Virus record (IMG/VR): IMGVR_UViG_3300027771_000011 | Location: 1-64,000 of that record | Length of the DNA stretch: 64,000 bases | Source of the DNA: a virus | Reading direction: 5' to 3' (one strand) | Shown: positions 40,201 to 49,068 of the stretch, piece by piece | Layout of the letters: every line of letters begins with the position of its first letter | Position numbering within the stretch: position 1 is the first letter of the stretch | The notes under the pieces: model-generated | What the model saw: the letters and a program-made list of their open reading frames with translations, nothing else | Told to the model about the DNA's origin: nothing | The model's database searches: none | Position numbers and translations under genes: made by a program

Positions 40201-43200
40201 CCGAAACTCAAGAGATTTCAAATTTCTTAGATGGAACTGCGACTTCAGACGTTGGAGGTGCAAGCACTAAAAACGCCACAGAATTCTTCGATAGCATTGG
40301 TGATGGAGACTATGGTTTTGTCTCTCAAGATGAAGTCACTAACTCAGCTGAAAAGTCTGCACAAAAAGACAGTGATGAGAAAGTAGAAGCAGATCCTGCT
40401 GATGCTGATCTGATAGAAGAATTACTAGGAGACTTAAGAGAGGCTACGGGAATTATTGACGACCCTAAAACAACTGCGGCTGACCGAAAGACAACTGAAG
40501 GTCTTGCCAGAAAGATTGAAGAAGACTTAGTGGCATTAAACGCTGGCGATCAATTCATTAAAATCTCAGCAAAAGGATCAGTAACCGAGGCGAAGAATCA
40601 ACCGGTAGAAAAGCCAAAGAAGAAAAAGGTAGCCAATCCAAAGAAGAAAACAACTGAGGACAATAGTGAATCTCCTTTTGATATGTTTAATACCCTTCTC
40701 AATGACTACCCCCCACTCTATGTATCTAGGCGTCAGCTAAAAGGCATGACGGGTATGTCCGTTGAGGATGTCCAAGCAGTCATTGATAAGTTTGAAGCTA
40801 AGTACAACGGTATACCTGACATTAAGTATATGGTCGCTGATATTCCTCTTGATGGAGGACAGGCTTCTTTAAGTGGTATGGCTGGTGGTGTTCCTACAGG
40901 AAGCTTTGATGCCAAGAATAAGCTAGTCACTCTTAATTCTGCTGGTCTTAATAACGTTGCTGAGGTTGAGTCTGTTCTTCGTCATGAGATTCTTGCTCAC
41001 TATGGATTATCTGTGTTCCCTACTCTTGAAGAGAGGATGGACATCTTAACTAAGGTCTCTAAAGCTGAAGGACAGAATGAAGAGCTAACTAAAATATTCA
41101 AAGAGGTTCGCAAAAGCTACAGCGCCAGAACAGATGCTTGGAAGGAGCGAGGGGCAACTGACGAAAGCATTGAGGCTATGGTGGCAGAAGAAGTCTTTGC
41201 TCGAGTCGCTGAAGAAAGAGACCAGTCTGTTTTCGGAGAGGCTTGGGATGCGATTGTTTCATACGTTATGAAAGCACTGCGCAAGGTAGGCTTCTATGAT
41301 CACTACACTAAGTCAGATGTTCGTAGGACGTTGCAGAGTTTTGGTAAACAGTTTACTCAGGCTGATGTAGAGACTTCGCTTCAAGTAAATGCGCAAGTTC
41401 AAGAGGTTAAGTTCAGCATTCCACCTGAAGACGGTGTGGCTGGAGTAAATAGTTCTTTAGACAAGCTGTTGGCTAAGGTTAATGCCCGAAAAGAGAAAGA
41501 CGATAAAGCTAAAGAAGCGAAGTCAGCCAAGATTGGTGCTCAACAAATATTTGATCAAAGAGCGAGTCTTGAAACTGAGGCTAAACCATCAGCAAGGCCC
41601 ACTGAAAGATTGGAAAAGGATCTTAATCTTGCTGAAGGTAGGGCACCAGCAGTAGAAGTTATGCCTGATCTTATCCCAGATCGGGCGAAGGTCAGTGATC
41701 ATTCATCAGTTTATTCTGACTCATTGGATGCAGGTCAGAGGATGGGTGTTGATCTTGCGATGACGACCATGATGGAGAAAGGATCTCGTGGGTTCTTGTT
41801 GGCAGATGGTACTGGCTTTGGTAAGACTCGACAGATCTTAGCTATGGCTGATCAGTTTAAAAAGGCTACTGGACAGAAGGTTCTGATACTTACAGAGAAT
41901 GAGCCGACCCTCAAGAAGAACTTTGCTGATGATGCTGCATCGATGGGCATAGATATGAAGCAGTTCAAGACTGGAACATACAATAGCTTTAAGGATGGTG
42001 GTCAACGTAACGGAATAAAGCCTGAGTTTGATCAGGAGTGGGGCATGGTTATATTTGATGAGGCTCATAACCTAAAGAACTACAACACGCTTCAAGCTAA
42101 AGCAGCTCGTAGGCTGTCAAAATCCAAGGTAGTTTACGCTACAGCTACGCCGATGGATCGCCCGTCAGCTGGTGCTTACATGTGGGCTGATGTCATGGGT
42201 CAGAGTTATAAAGAAGCTCTTGATAACCTAGGAATGAAGCTAGTCAATGGCCCAAAAGTAAAGGTCGATGGTAAGTATGTAGAGGGCAATAAGGTTGTAG
42301 AACTTAAGAAGGGCATCTCTCCGAAGATGGCTATTGAGAGAGTAGCTATAATGAGAAACTCAGCCATCAAGTCAGGTCGAATGATCAAGCGTTACTACCC
42401 ATTCTTTGGCACGACCAGTGAAATAAAAGTTGAGATGGAACAGCAATCACGGCTCGATCAAGATGACATAGATAACTACTGGCAGGGAGAAATTAATAGT
42501 GGGTCAGGTAGCCCTAAAAACTTAAGAGGTCAGCGCATACTTGAGCTGGTCAAGTGGGAAGAACATCTTAAGATTGATGCGGTAATGGACAAGTTAAAAG
42601 AGGATTTGTCTAAAGGCATGCAAGTGGTTGTTGCAGCTGAGACAGTCTCTGAAGATCTAATAGTTAAAGGTCTTGAAGGCGGCAGAGTGTCAGGATTTAT
42701 TAGCTTAATTGAAGGTCGATTGGATGCAGAGAATATTGATTACGTTTCAATTAAAGGTAAGACCACCCCTGCTCAGAGAGCAAAGTCTGTAGAAGAATTC
42801 CAAAGCGGTAATATTCCTTTGATGGTTATGACTACTCAAGCTGGAGGCACAGGAATTAACCTAGATGATACTGTCGGTGATAAGCCTCGTTCATTAATCA
42901 TGGTGACTAAGAACTGGTCTGGTTCAAAAGTGATGCAGTTGATTGGCCGAGTATCTAGAAAAACCACACAGTCTCCGTCAGTAGTGAATGTGGTTTCATT
43001 GGAGGGTGGTTTAGCTGATGCACACAAGTCAGCTGTAGTTTCCCGTAAGCTAAAAACATTACTCAGCTCTAGTGGTGAGCCATCTATACTGGAAGATCTA
43101 GACGCCACTGAGTGGAATGATGTCCGTGATTCAAATAAGAACTACGTTGGATCTAAAGATGGAAGTCTGATTGATGACGTTGATTCATCAGAGTCTGAAG

Positions 43201-46200
43201 CAACATCTTCCATTCCCCCTGCTGATGCTCAGCCAGAAGTGGATTCATCTATGGGTGATAACTTCATGGCAGTGCTAAGAAAGCATGGCACTAGACCTAC
43301 TCCAGACGAGACGGCAAGTGGTAAGAAGTTTATAAACCTCAAGAGTAGTGTGGCCAATAAGGAAACGATCCAAGCTACGCTGGCAAGAATTCTTCCTAAG
43401 CAAAAAAATGGTGATGATAGTAAATTCTCTAAGCCAATGAAGGTTAAGGGTACGAAGAATGAGTGGTTCTTCTATGTATGGAATACAGATCAAGCTAAAC
43501 AGATAGCTGCTGACTTAGAGAAACGAGGAGTGAACTACTCTCGACAGTCAGTAAATGAAGTGGCTCGTGGCTTATCAGGAAAAAGTGTTAAGGACATTGA
43601 AGGTTGGGTAGGTAAGTCGATCTTGGATAAGATGAATAGTCTTGGTCATAAGGTTGAAGTCGTTCAGTCAGTCGCTGACATTCCACCCATGCCATTAGCC
43701 TATGATCCAATGGTTAAGATGACGGTTATAGATCAAGTTAATGCTGTGTTTGATGAGGTGCGTGAGGTTAAAGATCTAGTATCTGGTAAGGATGCCGTGG
43801 AGGTTGCTGAAGCTGTTGCAGCATCCGCTCCTAACGCCTTACATAGGGACATTGCTGCAAAGGTAGCTGTTCAGCTTAGACAGTTAAGGGACTTAGGTTC
43901 AGACGTTGGGTTCCAAGTCCTTCAAGTAGGGGACTCAGCCCCATCTAATGTTAAGTCTACGATCCAAAGTGGTGCTAAAGGATTAACTGTGTCTGCTGAC
44001 CCTCGGCTAGTGGCTGCGGGTAATCTATCTGGAAAGGTTTACATTGTAGGGGACACTGTCAGTAGCAGTAAAAATGGATTGGATTTTGAAACGATCACTC
44101 ACGAGTTGGTTCATCTTTCCACAGCGGCTTCGCATGTGGCTGGCCGAGTTCCGGCAAATAAAGACACTCCTTATGCCAAGTTATTTGATGATATGGAAAG
44201 CCTAATGAAGGTGGTTAGTGCTCATGGTAAGCGTCAGAAAAATAACATAGAGAACCTACCCAAGTTCCAGCAGGATTTACTGAATGGATATAATAATTCT
44301 GCTGAAAGTGGCAGGGAGATCATGGCGTGGGGTCTAACTAATGGGGACTTCCAGACGTATCTAGAATCTATTCCTCTTAATGATAACAAGACAGCGTGGG
44401 ATTCTTTTGTTCAGAGTGTTCGTGAGTTCTTAGGGATTAATCCTAATGATGGCACAGCACTTTCAGAAATGCTAAGGATCTCTAATGAAACATTGTCATT
44501 AGATCTCAATCAGGTATCTGAACTTCTTAACAGTAACATCTCCCCTGATGACGTTTCGGTTAATAAGCCAATGGCTATTGATCCTAATGCGAAAGGAATG
44601 TTCATACCTTCTAGAGGCATATCATATCTTGTTGCTGACAACCTACACTCCAAAGCGGAGACCCGCAGTACATTCAGTCATGAAGTTGTAGGCCACTACG
44701 GTATGCAGCAGATGATGGGTAATGAGTTTGGTTCATTACTTGATACAGTTCAGGACATGAAGGCTAAGGGTGACCCAGAAGTTGTGGCTGCTGCTAAAGT
44801 AGTTGAGACAAGAAGCGGTAACCTAGGGCGTGAGGAAGAAGCTGAAGAAATAATTGCGGTACTGGCTGAAGACTTAGCCTCTAGATCTTTCATGACTAAA
44901 GTGTATGACGCAATTCGTATGTGGATCAAGCGTACATTCTCCAGCAACTATGTAGTGTCCAACAGTAATCTTAGAGACCTGTTGCTTGATGCGCAACGTC
45001 ATGTGTCTAAAGATGTTAGTAATGAATCTGTAGCACCTCAGACTGCGAGTGAGATCCTTTACTCGAAGGTATCCAAGATGGATTTGCCTAAGCAGTTAGA
45101 GGTATACACTGACGCTCTAGAGAATGTTCACGAATCTCTGGGTGGACTAGCTAAGCAGGACTTTATTAACTCAACAAAGGACGGAGCTAGTGCAATACTT
45201 AATCAGAACAAGACTCGTAATTTCCTACAGTACTGGTTAACAAATACTCAGATACACCGCACTTATAAGTCAGCGTTTGATTGGAAAGGTGGTAACCCAC
45301 TTAAACGAATCAATGATTTACTCGGTGAGTTCCGAGTTGATAAGGAGAGGGCGCTTCATGGTTTCGAGAAAGAAGAAAAGATTTGGGACAAGCTCAGTGC
45401 CAAAGAATCTAACTCACTAGCCAGCTTAATGAGGGACTCTACTATTGCTGGCATTCATCCTAATGTTAGTGTTGAAAACAAAGTACATGACTACGTCCGA
45501 GAAGATAAGAAGAAACTTGACAGAAAGAAGCTAAAGGATAAGCCAACAACAACTGACTTGGATGATATTGTTCGTCTGGAAGAGAGCATTAAGTTCATGA
45601 AGGAGGAGCACGCTCGTCTGTCTCGAGAGTGGAATAAGCTTTCGGTTAACGCAAAGACGGTGTACGAAGACACTCGTATCATGTTGAAGAGTCAGTTTGA
45701 GCAAGAGCGAGAAGAGTTACTTAATCGTATAGATAGACAGATTGAAAGTCCTGTTCATCGTGAGTCAGCCAAGAAAGCATTGGAAACCCGAATGGGTGAT
45801 TTGATTACTCGCGGCCCATACTTTCCTTTATCCAGATTTGGAGATCATGTTGTGATTGCTTTTGCTGACATCAATGGTAAGCGAGAGTTTGTTCGAGAGC
45901 AGTTCGAGAGTCGGAGTGAAGCTGAGCGTGCGCTTAAATGGCACAAGAGCAAGTGGGGTGAGAATAATGCTCGTATGACTTATATGGCTGATATGTCTAA
46001 GACCTCTAAGTCTGACGACTTGTTTGCATTCAGAGACAACCTTTTCACTGCACTCGATGACAACCGTGATGAAACTTTAAGTGATGATCGTATGGATGAT
46101 GATGCCAAGGCAGCTATACGAAAATCAACAGAGCTGCTGAAGAATGAGATCAATGATCTTATGCTCAACACGTTACCGTCTAGTTCAATCATGCAGAGGA

Positions 46201-48155
46201 GACGCCATCGTCATGGCACTAAGGGTGCGTCATCTGATATGCGTAGAAGCGTACAGAATGTCATGCTTCAATCAGCTCAGCAGATTTCTAAAATCAAATA
46301 CGCTGATCGTATACGCTCTGAATTGAATGACATCGGTATTGAGAATCGGAAGTTCGCAACCGGTGATCAGTCTGAAGTTAAACAACAGTACGCTGACGTT
46401 GTCAGTGCCACTCATGCTGAAATGTCTAAGCGTTTCGAGTTGACTATGAATCCAACTGGAGCAGCGTGGGCATCTAACGCAGGTCGCTTAGCTTTCTTCC
46501 AGTACTTAGGTTGGTCTCCAGCCGCAGCGATAGTAAACCTCACTCAGGTTCCAGCAATATCAATACCTGTTATCGGTGCGAGATACGGCATGGCTAAAAC
46601 TACGGGTGTGTTCTTGAAAGTCATGACTGATTGGCACATGGGTAAGAGCGAACTATCGACACGAGAAGCGTACAAGTCTTTTGCTAGAGACGGCAACAAG
46701 AATGTCACGAAAGATGAGCAGAACTTTATCAAGGTTCTAATAGACCGAGGGGATATAGACATCACTCGCGTTGGTTCGATTACTGAAGAAGCTCACTCTG
46801 ATCAAAGAACTCCCAGTGTATTTGGCACGAAGATGCAGAAGCTGATGCGCACAGGTGCGTACATGTTCCATGGTGCAGAAATGTCTAACAGAGAGGTGAC
46901 TGGATTAGCTACATATAGACTGATCAAAGATAAGCACCCTGAGCTTTTTGTTGGATCGACCTTTAATAGTAGTGAGAGCATGTCAGAGAATGAGCTGAAA
47001 GTTTATGAAGAAGTTCGTGAACTTATCGGCACGACTCAGTTCCTGTACGAGTCTGAGAACCGCCCTAGAGCTATGCGTGAGAACAACATTATTCGCACCA
47101 TGACTACGTTTAAGATCTATGGACAGCACATCATATACATGTATGCACAGCTGGGCAGAGAAGCTTTGGGAAGAGATAAGTCTCTCTCACCCGAGAAGCG
47201 TAGAGAAGCACAGAAGGCGCTGGCTGGTCTTGTTGCATTCCAGATGCTGGCAGCAGGTGCAACTGGTGTACTACCTATAGCTGTAGCTATATCTATGATG
47301 AGTGCGGCTTACAACATGTTCGCTGATGATGAAGAAGAGATCGTAAGCCCCGAAGCTTCATTCACCCAGTGGATAGATGACATGGTGAAGGGAGCTTTCG
47401 ATGACGATGAAGCAAAGTTTATGAGTGCTTTACTAAGTAAGGGGATAGGTAATGCCTTGGGTGTAGACGTAAGTAGTCGAGTATCTCAAGACACCAATCT
47501 ATTACTTATGATGCCTGACCGCCCGATGTCTAGCGGCAAAGAGTTGTACAAAGAAGCGTTATTAAGTTTAGCTGGCCCCGTCTTTGGTGGGATCGGTGTC
47601 AACGTAGCTAACTTTGCTCAAGATGTTTACGAGGGGAACCCAACTGAGAATCTAAAGTCGGTACTACCTAAAGCCCTCCGTGATATATATAAGTCGGTTG
47701 ATTACTCGCAGAACGGAGTGAAGACGCGCAATGATCTTGATGTAATTGAATCTCTGGACACGAGTGACATTGTCATTCAAGCGATGGGATTTACACCAGA
47801 AGTTGTTTCCTCTACGTACACCCGAGCATTCGCTAGGCTGAACAAGTCGCAGCATATCGCTGGTGTTAGAAGGGATATTTTAGGGGACGTCTATACGGCA
47901 TTGTCCGATGGAGATAAGGGTTCAGTGGAAGAGTCTCTTGCGCAAGTCACGAAGTGGAATGAGTTTGTCATGGAGAAGCTGAAGTCTATTAAAAGTCCTG
48001 CAATGAAAGCTCTGTTCCTGAAAGAGTTGATCACAAGCAAGACTATATCCTCAAGCCTCAAGACAAAGATGATCAGAAAACTTACGGCTACAGAAGGAGT
48101 TGTTCTTCCGAAGAAGCACATGTATTTAATTGATGATTATACATTCGGGACTTAA
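34230..48155 (+). CDS. Giant polyvalent ejection protein (ParB-like, three zincin-like, strawberry-notch-like SF2 helicase and PLxRFG domains)
   Basis: 4641-aa open frame. Motifs: VISGRHRL (~37630), HEILAH (~40983), GFLLADGTGFGKT (~41790), DEAH (42057), AGGTGINL, QLIGRVSR, HELVH (44100), HEVVGH (44679), YFPLSRFG (~45820). Confidence 0.85.
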   Translation: MSSLYLSQMRQNPQYQNIPVDQLARMVYDQDAELQDISFEQFMPIFNDTGEVAQAAPAAQQMNPAPAEEMGYGQIGLDSIDAAQSGFLNASAGLAEGVGGIYKWATGEESETAGDIAGYLRDAGEDQIQQMSESGRNQMQNFGVEYSSEDGPSMREGSTLVGGLLNIASGVGSSIPYLVPGGLGAKVLSQSGRAVGGTIIPSLARKQAMNLPAGRIPQSLSMAAVGGTGLGGETKNQAYQKAYNSPAEELNKTPAYQAAYWEIADTYKAQGTKVSHAQIEEMARTAVAEAAGDDAFKDGFQLGAVSMGALGPMFLNNVLGRVKGGFIKRAASGASIEGTQELVESGGQAYLSNLAVNENANSSIQPMDNVVSEGLTGALIGAGTGGSMSLAGGFGSKAVGITKEKDMPGYFREQERLRKEGIVAEKEQAAMDAESVEPAVEEGVELVEDTETPTGAAETPTETLGEALADAEEQAALPAEESADSPDRPESSEVDPVEETTVEESPEKANYRADLQIALDIALAQSKNRKLTPEARQAASDRIAGIQDEINKLDETLASTELDLEIETPTPVTPASNPALTKRILEWSKVQPDKASDRYDEQRVYKDAIIRELKSLMKMEVGSDQAFRKEESIRMMEEKFDALAPTPLNEVPRWQQALEEEDAVTEAQLQEYGQMEAGTVDSSTEVQDDVTGDNLYGVFANQETNPFASIDLFGRLQPIKEDGIAIDLKGVVRDNMNSLRANGTPDNKNLDRKTVNNILTKDAERIEALTKTSAINMVVRSQYKKINKELGKASADYYIESLGRGMGLFSNPTPTKLAMYDEYVEGLNDNVVPLTYEVWESTILQKGKAPSLTAKKPSPQPVEEPVEASESVSAEVAPIQKTADDFQDDGTYYRVVVGDTSFQDIVDSGEVRTNASSKKPRKADGKIDLSSRPTKWPSFSKDSASMDYAGKNEDHYIVVTNDPSIQPSKQGRHGKGTTQFPTDANGNPMESLSGDAISVYKHTGNGNYELVYNRGQVVSKPDSDPTPTKKAIPASQVKTEAKGTTVADKKSSGNQAVLEENEESVIDELPVDVPVLGKQVVEVLISDLTLSEDVPQFKDGADSEGVVDPLGGTFDRTGVAPIQIWLREDGRKEVISGRHRLDLAKRSGETTIPAQYHLESEGFGAAEASILDALLNIREGQGKVKDYVGFIQARNLTEEEADAEGILARPTGKRAYTIASQGSPALVAAHRADQIGDNAASLISQAAPNNEPLQAVGLKALQEGKSITVSVNIVKAVNSMTRDTAQESGDLFGFDDSAMKEAENLARKAGQKQAEIQRTLTAVTGAAKNPELAAAEGVDVQDPEAVQARVAELKDQKREWQNWHTNPALVAELTGNEVAAPVVEVTADEVSAPAVEATDSEVTEPIVAEATDDEVAAPALELSNQTEEELATKAGRDLDAGETKEQVDREVDGFSLDGGVSLTTQADPAQNPQSNDLFEGNPDVNEVEVEVESTPSTDEVVNPSVADPVADTTEVVAEENTDVENDVLNDVVPADRGAVPEGEQESITLYGLEADGSTSNNDPTDLINDVRVLQFVTRDDGLKLALYVGDKDTSDTDAVVYKSMDKAEAASKDLESKGLGLYRPTMYKKRFALNALIVAKNQSTDVPMVYSNKDSSDQAKNRMKSKEAYDIQESGAGKFYIVTTRDSMDKEGKKDNEASNYDSITEVRNNLQEDIEENVPSYVLSQTTNEKFPNQPQLFMLEGKTDNLLKYVQGNQIDDLSNVAEELLDVKSKEKSKTLIAAVEFATGRIDTINASLKKKEQQNKIVLEDGKSELKAVSIMFRSVNKFESKVNEDGSLTLFGNNKDLERFLSKNKLTEGQQPVYGTLNEGEFSVSEEQSGTVIGIKVPKTTATKLKGKLENKALYFVDGEVEGAAYVVNPSKPLLQKKDLTVNLEEGRVVIPEKEGRSEDEIQEDIEIGRANAMESKASDPVVDRQSYESVRDELAGMRDAETQEISNFLDGTATSDVGGASTKNATEFFDSIGDGDYGFVSQDEVTNSAEKSAQKDSDEKVEADPADADLIEELLGDLREATGIIDDPKTTAADRKTTEGLARKIEEDLVALNAGDQFIKISAKGSVTEAKNQPVEKPKKKKVANPKKKTTEDNSESPFDMFNTLLNDYPPLYVSRRQLKGMTGMSVEDVQAVIDKFEAKYNGIPDIKYMVADIPLDGGQASLSGMAGGVPTGSFDAKNKLVTLNSAGLNNVAEVESVLRHEILAHYGLSVFPTLEERMDILTKVSKAEGQNEELTKIFKEVRKSYSARTDAWKERGATDESIEAMVAEEVFARVAEERDQSVFGEAWDAIVSYVMKALRKVGFYDHYTKSDVRRTLQSFGKQFTQADVETSLQVNAQVQEVKFSIPPEDGVAGVNSSLDKLLAKVNARKEKDDKAKEAKSAKIGAQQIFDQRASLETEAKPSARPTERLEKDLNLAEGRAPAVEVMPDLIPDRAKVSDHSSVYSDSLDAGQRMGVDLAMTTMMEKGSRGFLLADGTGFGKTRQILAMADQFKKATGQKVLILTENEPTLKKNFADDAASMGIDMKQFKTGTYNSFKDGGQRNGIKPEFDQEWGMVIFDEAHNLKNYNTLQAKAARRLSKSKVVYATATPMDRPSAGAYMWADVMGQSYKEALDNLGMKLVNGPKVKVDGKYVEGNKVVELKKGISPKMAIERVAIMRNSAIKSGRMIKRYYPFFGTTSEIKVEMEQQSRLDQDDIDNYWQGEINSGSGSPKNLRGQRILELVKWEEHLKIDAVMDKLKEDLSKGMQVVVAAETVSEDLIVKGLEGGRVSGFISLIEGRLDAENIDYVSIKGKTTPAQRAKSVEEFQSGNIPLMVMTTQAGGTGINLDDTVGDKPRSLIMVTKNWSGSKVMQLIGRVSRKTTQSPSVVNVVSLEGGLADAHKSAVVSRKLKTLLSSSGEPSILEDLDATEWNDVRDSNKNYVGSKDGSLIDDVDSSESEATSSIPPADAQPEVDSSMGDNFMAVLRKHGTRPTPDETASGKKFINLKSSVANKETIQATLARILPKQKNGDDSKFSKPMKVKGTKNEWFFYVWNTDQAKQIAADLEKRGVNYSRQSVNEVARGLSGKSVKDIEGWVGKSILDKMNSLGHKVEVVQSVADIPPMPLAYDPMVKMTVIDQVNAVFDEVREVKDLVSGKDAVEVAEAVAASAPNALHRDIAAKVAVQLRQLRDLGSDVGFQVLQVGDSAPSNVKSTIQSGAKGLTVSADPRLVAAGNLSGKVYIVGDTVSSSKNGLDFETITHELVHLSTAASHVAGRVPANKDTPYAKLFDDMESLMKVVSAHGKRQKNNIENLPKFQQDLLNGYNNSAESGREIMAWGLTNGDFQTYLESIPLNDNKTAWDSFVQSVREFLGINPNDGTALSEMLRISNETLSLDLNQVSELLNSNISPDDVSVNKPMAIDPNAKGMFIPSRGISYLVADNLHSKAETRSTFSHEVVGHYGMQQMMGNEFGSLLDTVQDMKAKGDPEVVAAAKVVETRSGNLGREEEAEEIIAVLAEDLASRSFMTKVYDAIRMWIKRTFSSNYVVSNSNLRDLLLDAQRHVSKDVSNESVAPQTASEILYSKVSKMDLPKQLEVYTDALENVHESLGGLAKQDFINSTKDGASAILNQNKTRNFLQYWLTNTQIHRTYKSAFDWKGGNPLKRINDLLGEFRVDKERALHGFEKEEKIWDKLSAKESNSLASLMRDSTIAGIHPNVSVENKVHDYVREDKKKLDRKKLKDKPTTTDLDDIVRLEESIKFMKEEHARLSREWNKLSVNAKTVYEDTRIMLKSQFEQEREELLNRIDRQIESPVHRESAKKALETRMGDLITRGPYFPLSRFGDHVVIAFADINGKREFVREQFESRSEAERALKWHKSKWGENNARMTYMADMSKTSKSDDLFAFRDNLFTALDDNRDETLSDDRMDDDAKAAIRKSTELLKNEINDLMLNTLPSSSIMQRRRHRHGTKGASSDMRRSVQNVMLQSAQQISKIKYADRIRSELNDIGIENRKFATGDQSEVKQQYADVVSATHAEMSKRFELTMNPTGAAWASNAGRLAFFQYLGWSPAAAIVNLTQVPAISIPVIGARYGMAKTTGVFLKVMTDWHMGKSELSTREAYKSFARDGNKNVTKDEQNFIKVLIDRGDIDITRVGSITEEAHSDQRTPSVFGTKMQKLMRTGAYMFHGAEMSNREVTGLATYRLIKDKHPELFVGSTFNSSESMSENELKVYEEVRELIGTTQFLYESENRPRAMRENNIIRTMTTFKIYGQHIIYMYAQLGREALGRDKSLSPEKRREAQKALAGLVAFQMLAAGATGVLPIAVAISMMSAAYNMFADDEEEIVSPEASFTQWIDDMVKGAFDDDEAKFMSALLSKGIGNALGVDVSSRVSQDTNLLLMMPDRPMSSGKELYKEALLSLAGPVFGGIGVNVANFAQDVYEGNPTENLKSVLPKALRDIYKSVDYSQNGVKTRNDLDVIESLDTSDIVIQAMGFTPEVVSSTYTRAFARLNKSQHIAGVRRDILGDVYTALSDGDKGSVEESLAQVTKWNEFVMEKLKSIKSPAMKALFLKELITSKTISSSLKTKMIRKLTATEGVVLPKKHMYLIDDYTFGT

Positions 48156-48178
48156 CAAGAAATATTTAAGGAGATTCA

Positions 48179-48457
48179 ATGAGCATTGAATACAGAGGTG
48201 AGAGATTCGAGGGGTATAACAAACCCAAGCGAACACCTAGTCACCCAACAAAATCACATGTGGTTCTGGCCAAAGAAGGATCTGAAATTAAAATGATCAG
48301 GTTCGGTGAGCAGGGTGCGAGTACAGCAGGTAAGCCCAAAGCAGGTGAGAGTGACAAGATGAAAGCCAAGAGAAAAAGTTTCAAAGCAAGGCATGCCAAG
48401 GGTATCCAATCGGGGAAAATGTCAGGGAGTTATTGGTCTAATTTGGTCAAGTGGTGA
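48179..48457 (+). CDS. Small basic protein
   Basis: AAGGAG RBS; YNKPKRTPSHPTKSHVVLAK ... IRFGEQG ... SFKARH ... YWS, recalled as a common aquatic-phage family. Confidence 0.8.
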   Translation: MSIEYRGERFEGYNKPKRTPSHPTKSHVVLAKEGSEIKMIRFGEQGASTAGKPKAGESDKMKAKRKSFKARHAKGIQSGKMSGSYWSNLVKW

Positions 48458-48464
48458 GATAGTA

Positions 48465-48644
48465 ATGAAAGCCAAATCAAAAGTAAATGAAGCGGGTAAC
48501 TACACTAAACCTGCTTTGCGTAAGAGATTGTTTAATAAAATCAAAGCAGGAACTAAGGGTGGTAACGCTGGGCAGTGGTCAGCACGTAAAGCACAACTCT
48601 TAGCCTCTGAGTACAAGAAAGCTGGTGGAGGTTATCGTGATTAA
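48465..48644 (+). CDS. Small basic protein (DUF5872 N-half-like)
   Basis: NYTKPALRKRLF ... GQWSARKAQLLA ... YKKAGGGY. Confidence 0.75.
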   Translation: MKAKSKVNEAGNYTKPALRKRLFNKIKAGTKGGNAGQWSARKAQLLASEYKKAGGGYRD

Positions 48645-48876
48645 GAAGCCACAGAAGTCTCTTAAGAAATGGACTAAGCAGGAGTGGGGGACTAAGAGTG
48701 GTAAGCCCAGTGCTAAGACAGGTGAGCGTTACTTGCCTAAAGCTGCTATCGCTGGTCTAACTAAAGCAGAGTATGCAGCTACCACAGCAGCAAAAAGAGC
48801 AGGTACAAAAGCAGGTAAGCAGGTTGTAAAGCAGCCTAAGAAGATTGCAAATAAAACAGCTAAGTTTAGAAAGTAA
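48637..48876 (+). CDS. Small basic protein (DUF5872 C-half-like)
   Basis: GTG with GGAGG RBS; QKSLKKWTKQEWGTKSGKPS ... GERYLP. Confidence 0.75.
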   Translation: MIKKPQKSLKKWTKQEWGTKSGKPSAKTGERYLPKAAIAGLTKAEYAATTAAKRAGTKAGKQVVKQPKKIANKTAKFRK

Positions 48877-48888
48877 GAGGAAGTTATT

Positions 48889-49068
48889 ATGCCAAATGTA
48901 GGTGGAAAGTTTTTTCCGTATAGCAAAGAAGGGATAGCTGCAGCGAAGAAAGCAGAGGCTAAATTAAAAGCTGATGCAATGATCAAGGCAAAAGCAAAGC
49001 CCAAAGATAAAAATAAGAAAATGGTAAAGCCAAAAGCTAAGGCTAAAGCAATGAAGAAGGGGTATTAG
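48889..49068 (+). CDS. 59-aa Lys/Ala-rich protein (not in ORF track)
   Basis: Hand translation MPNVGGKFFPYSKEGIAAAKKAEAK ... KAKAMKKGY; GAGG RBS. Confidence 0.75.
   Translation: MPNVGGKFFPYSKEGIAAAKKAEAKLKADAMIKAKAKPKDKNKKMVKPKAKAKAMKKGY

Noticed and set aside
11613-48121. Numerous short alternative-frame and antisense ORFs in the ORF track
   Set aside because: They lie wholly within long, motif-supported genes and reflect codon bias of Gly/Ala/Ser-rich frames.
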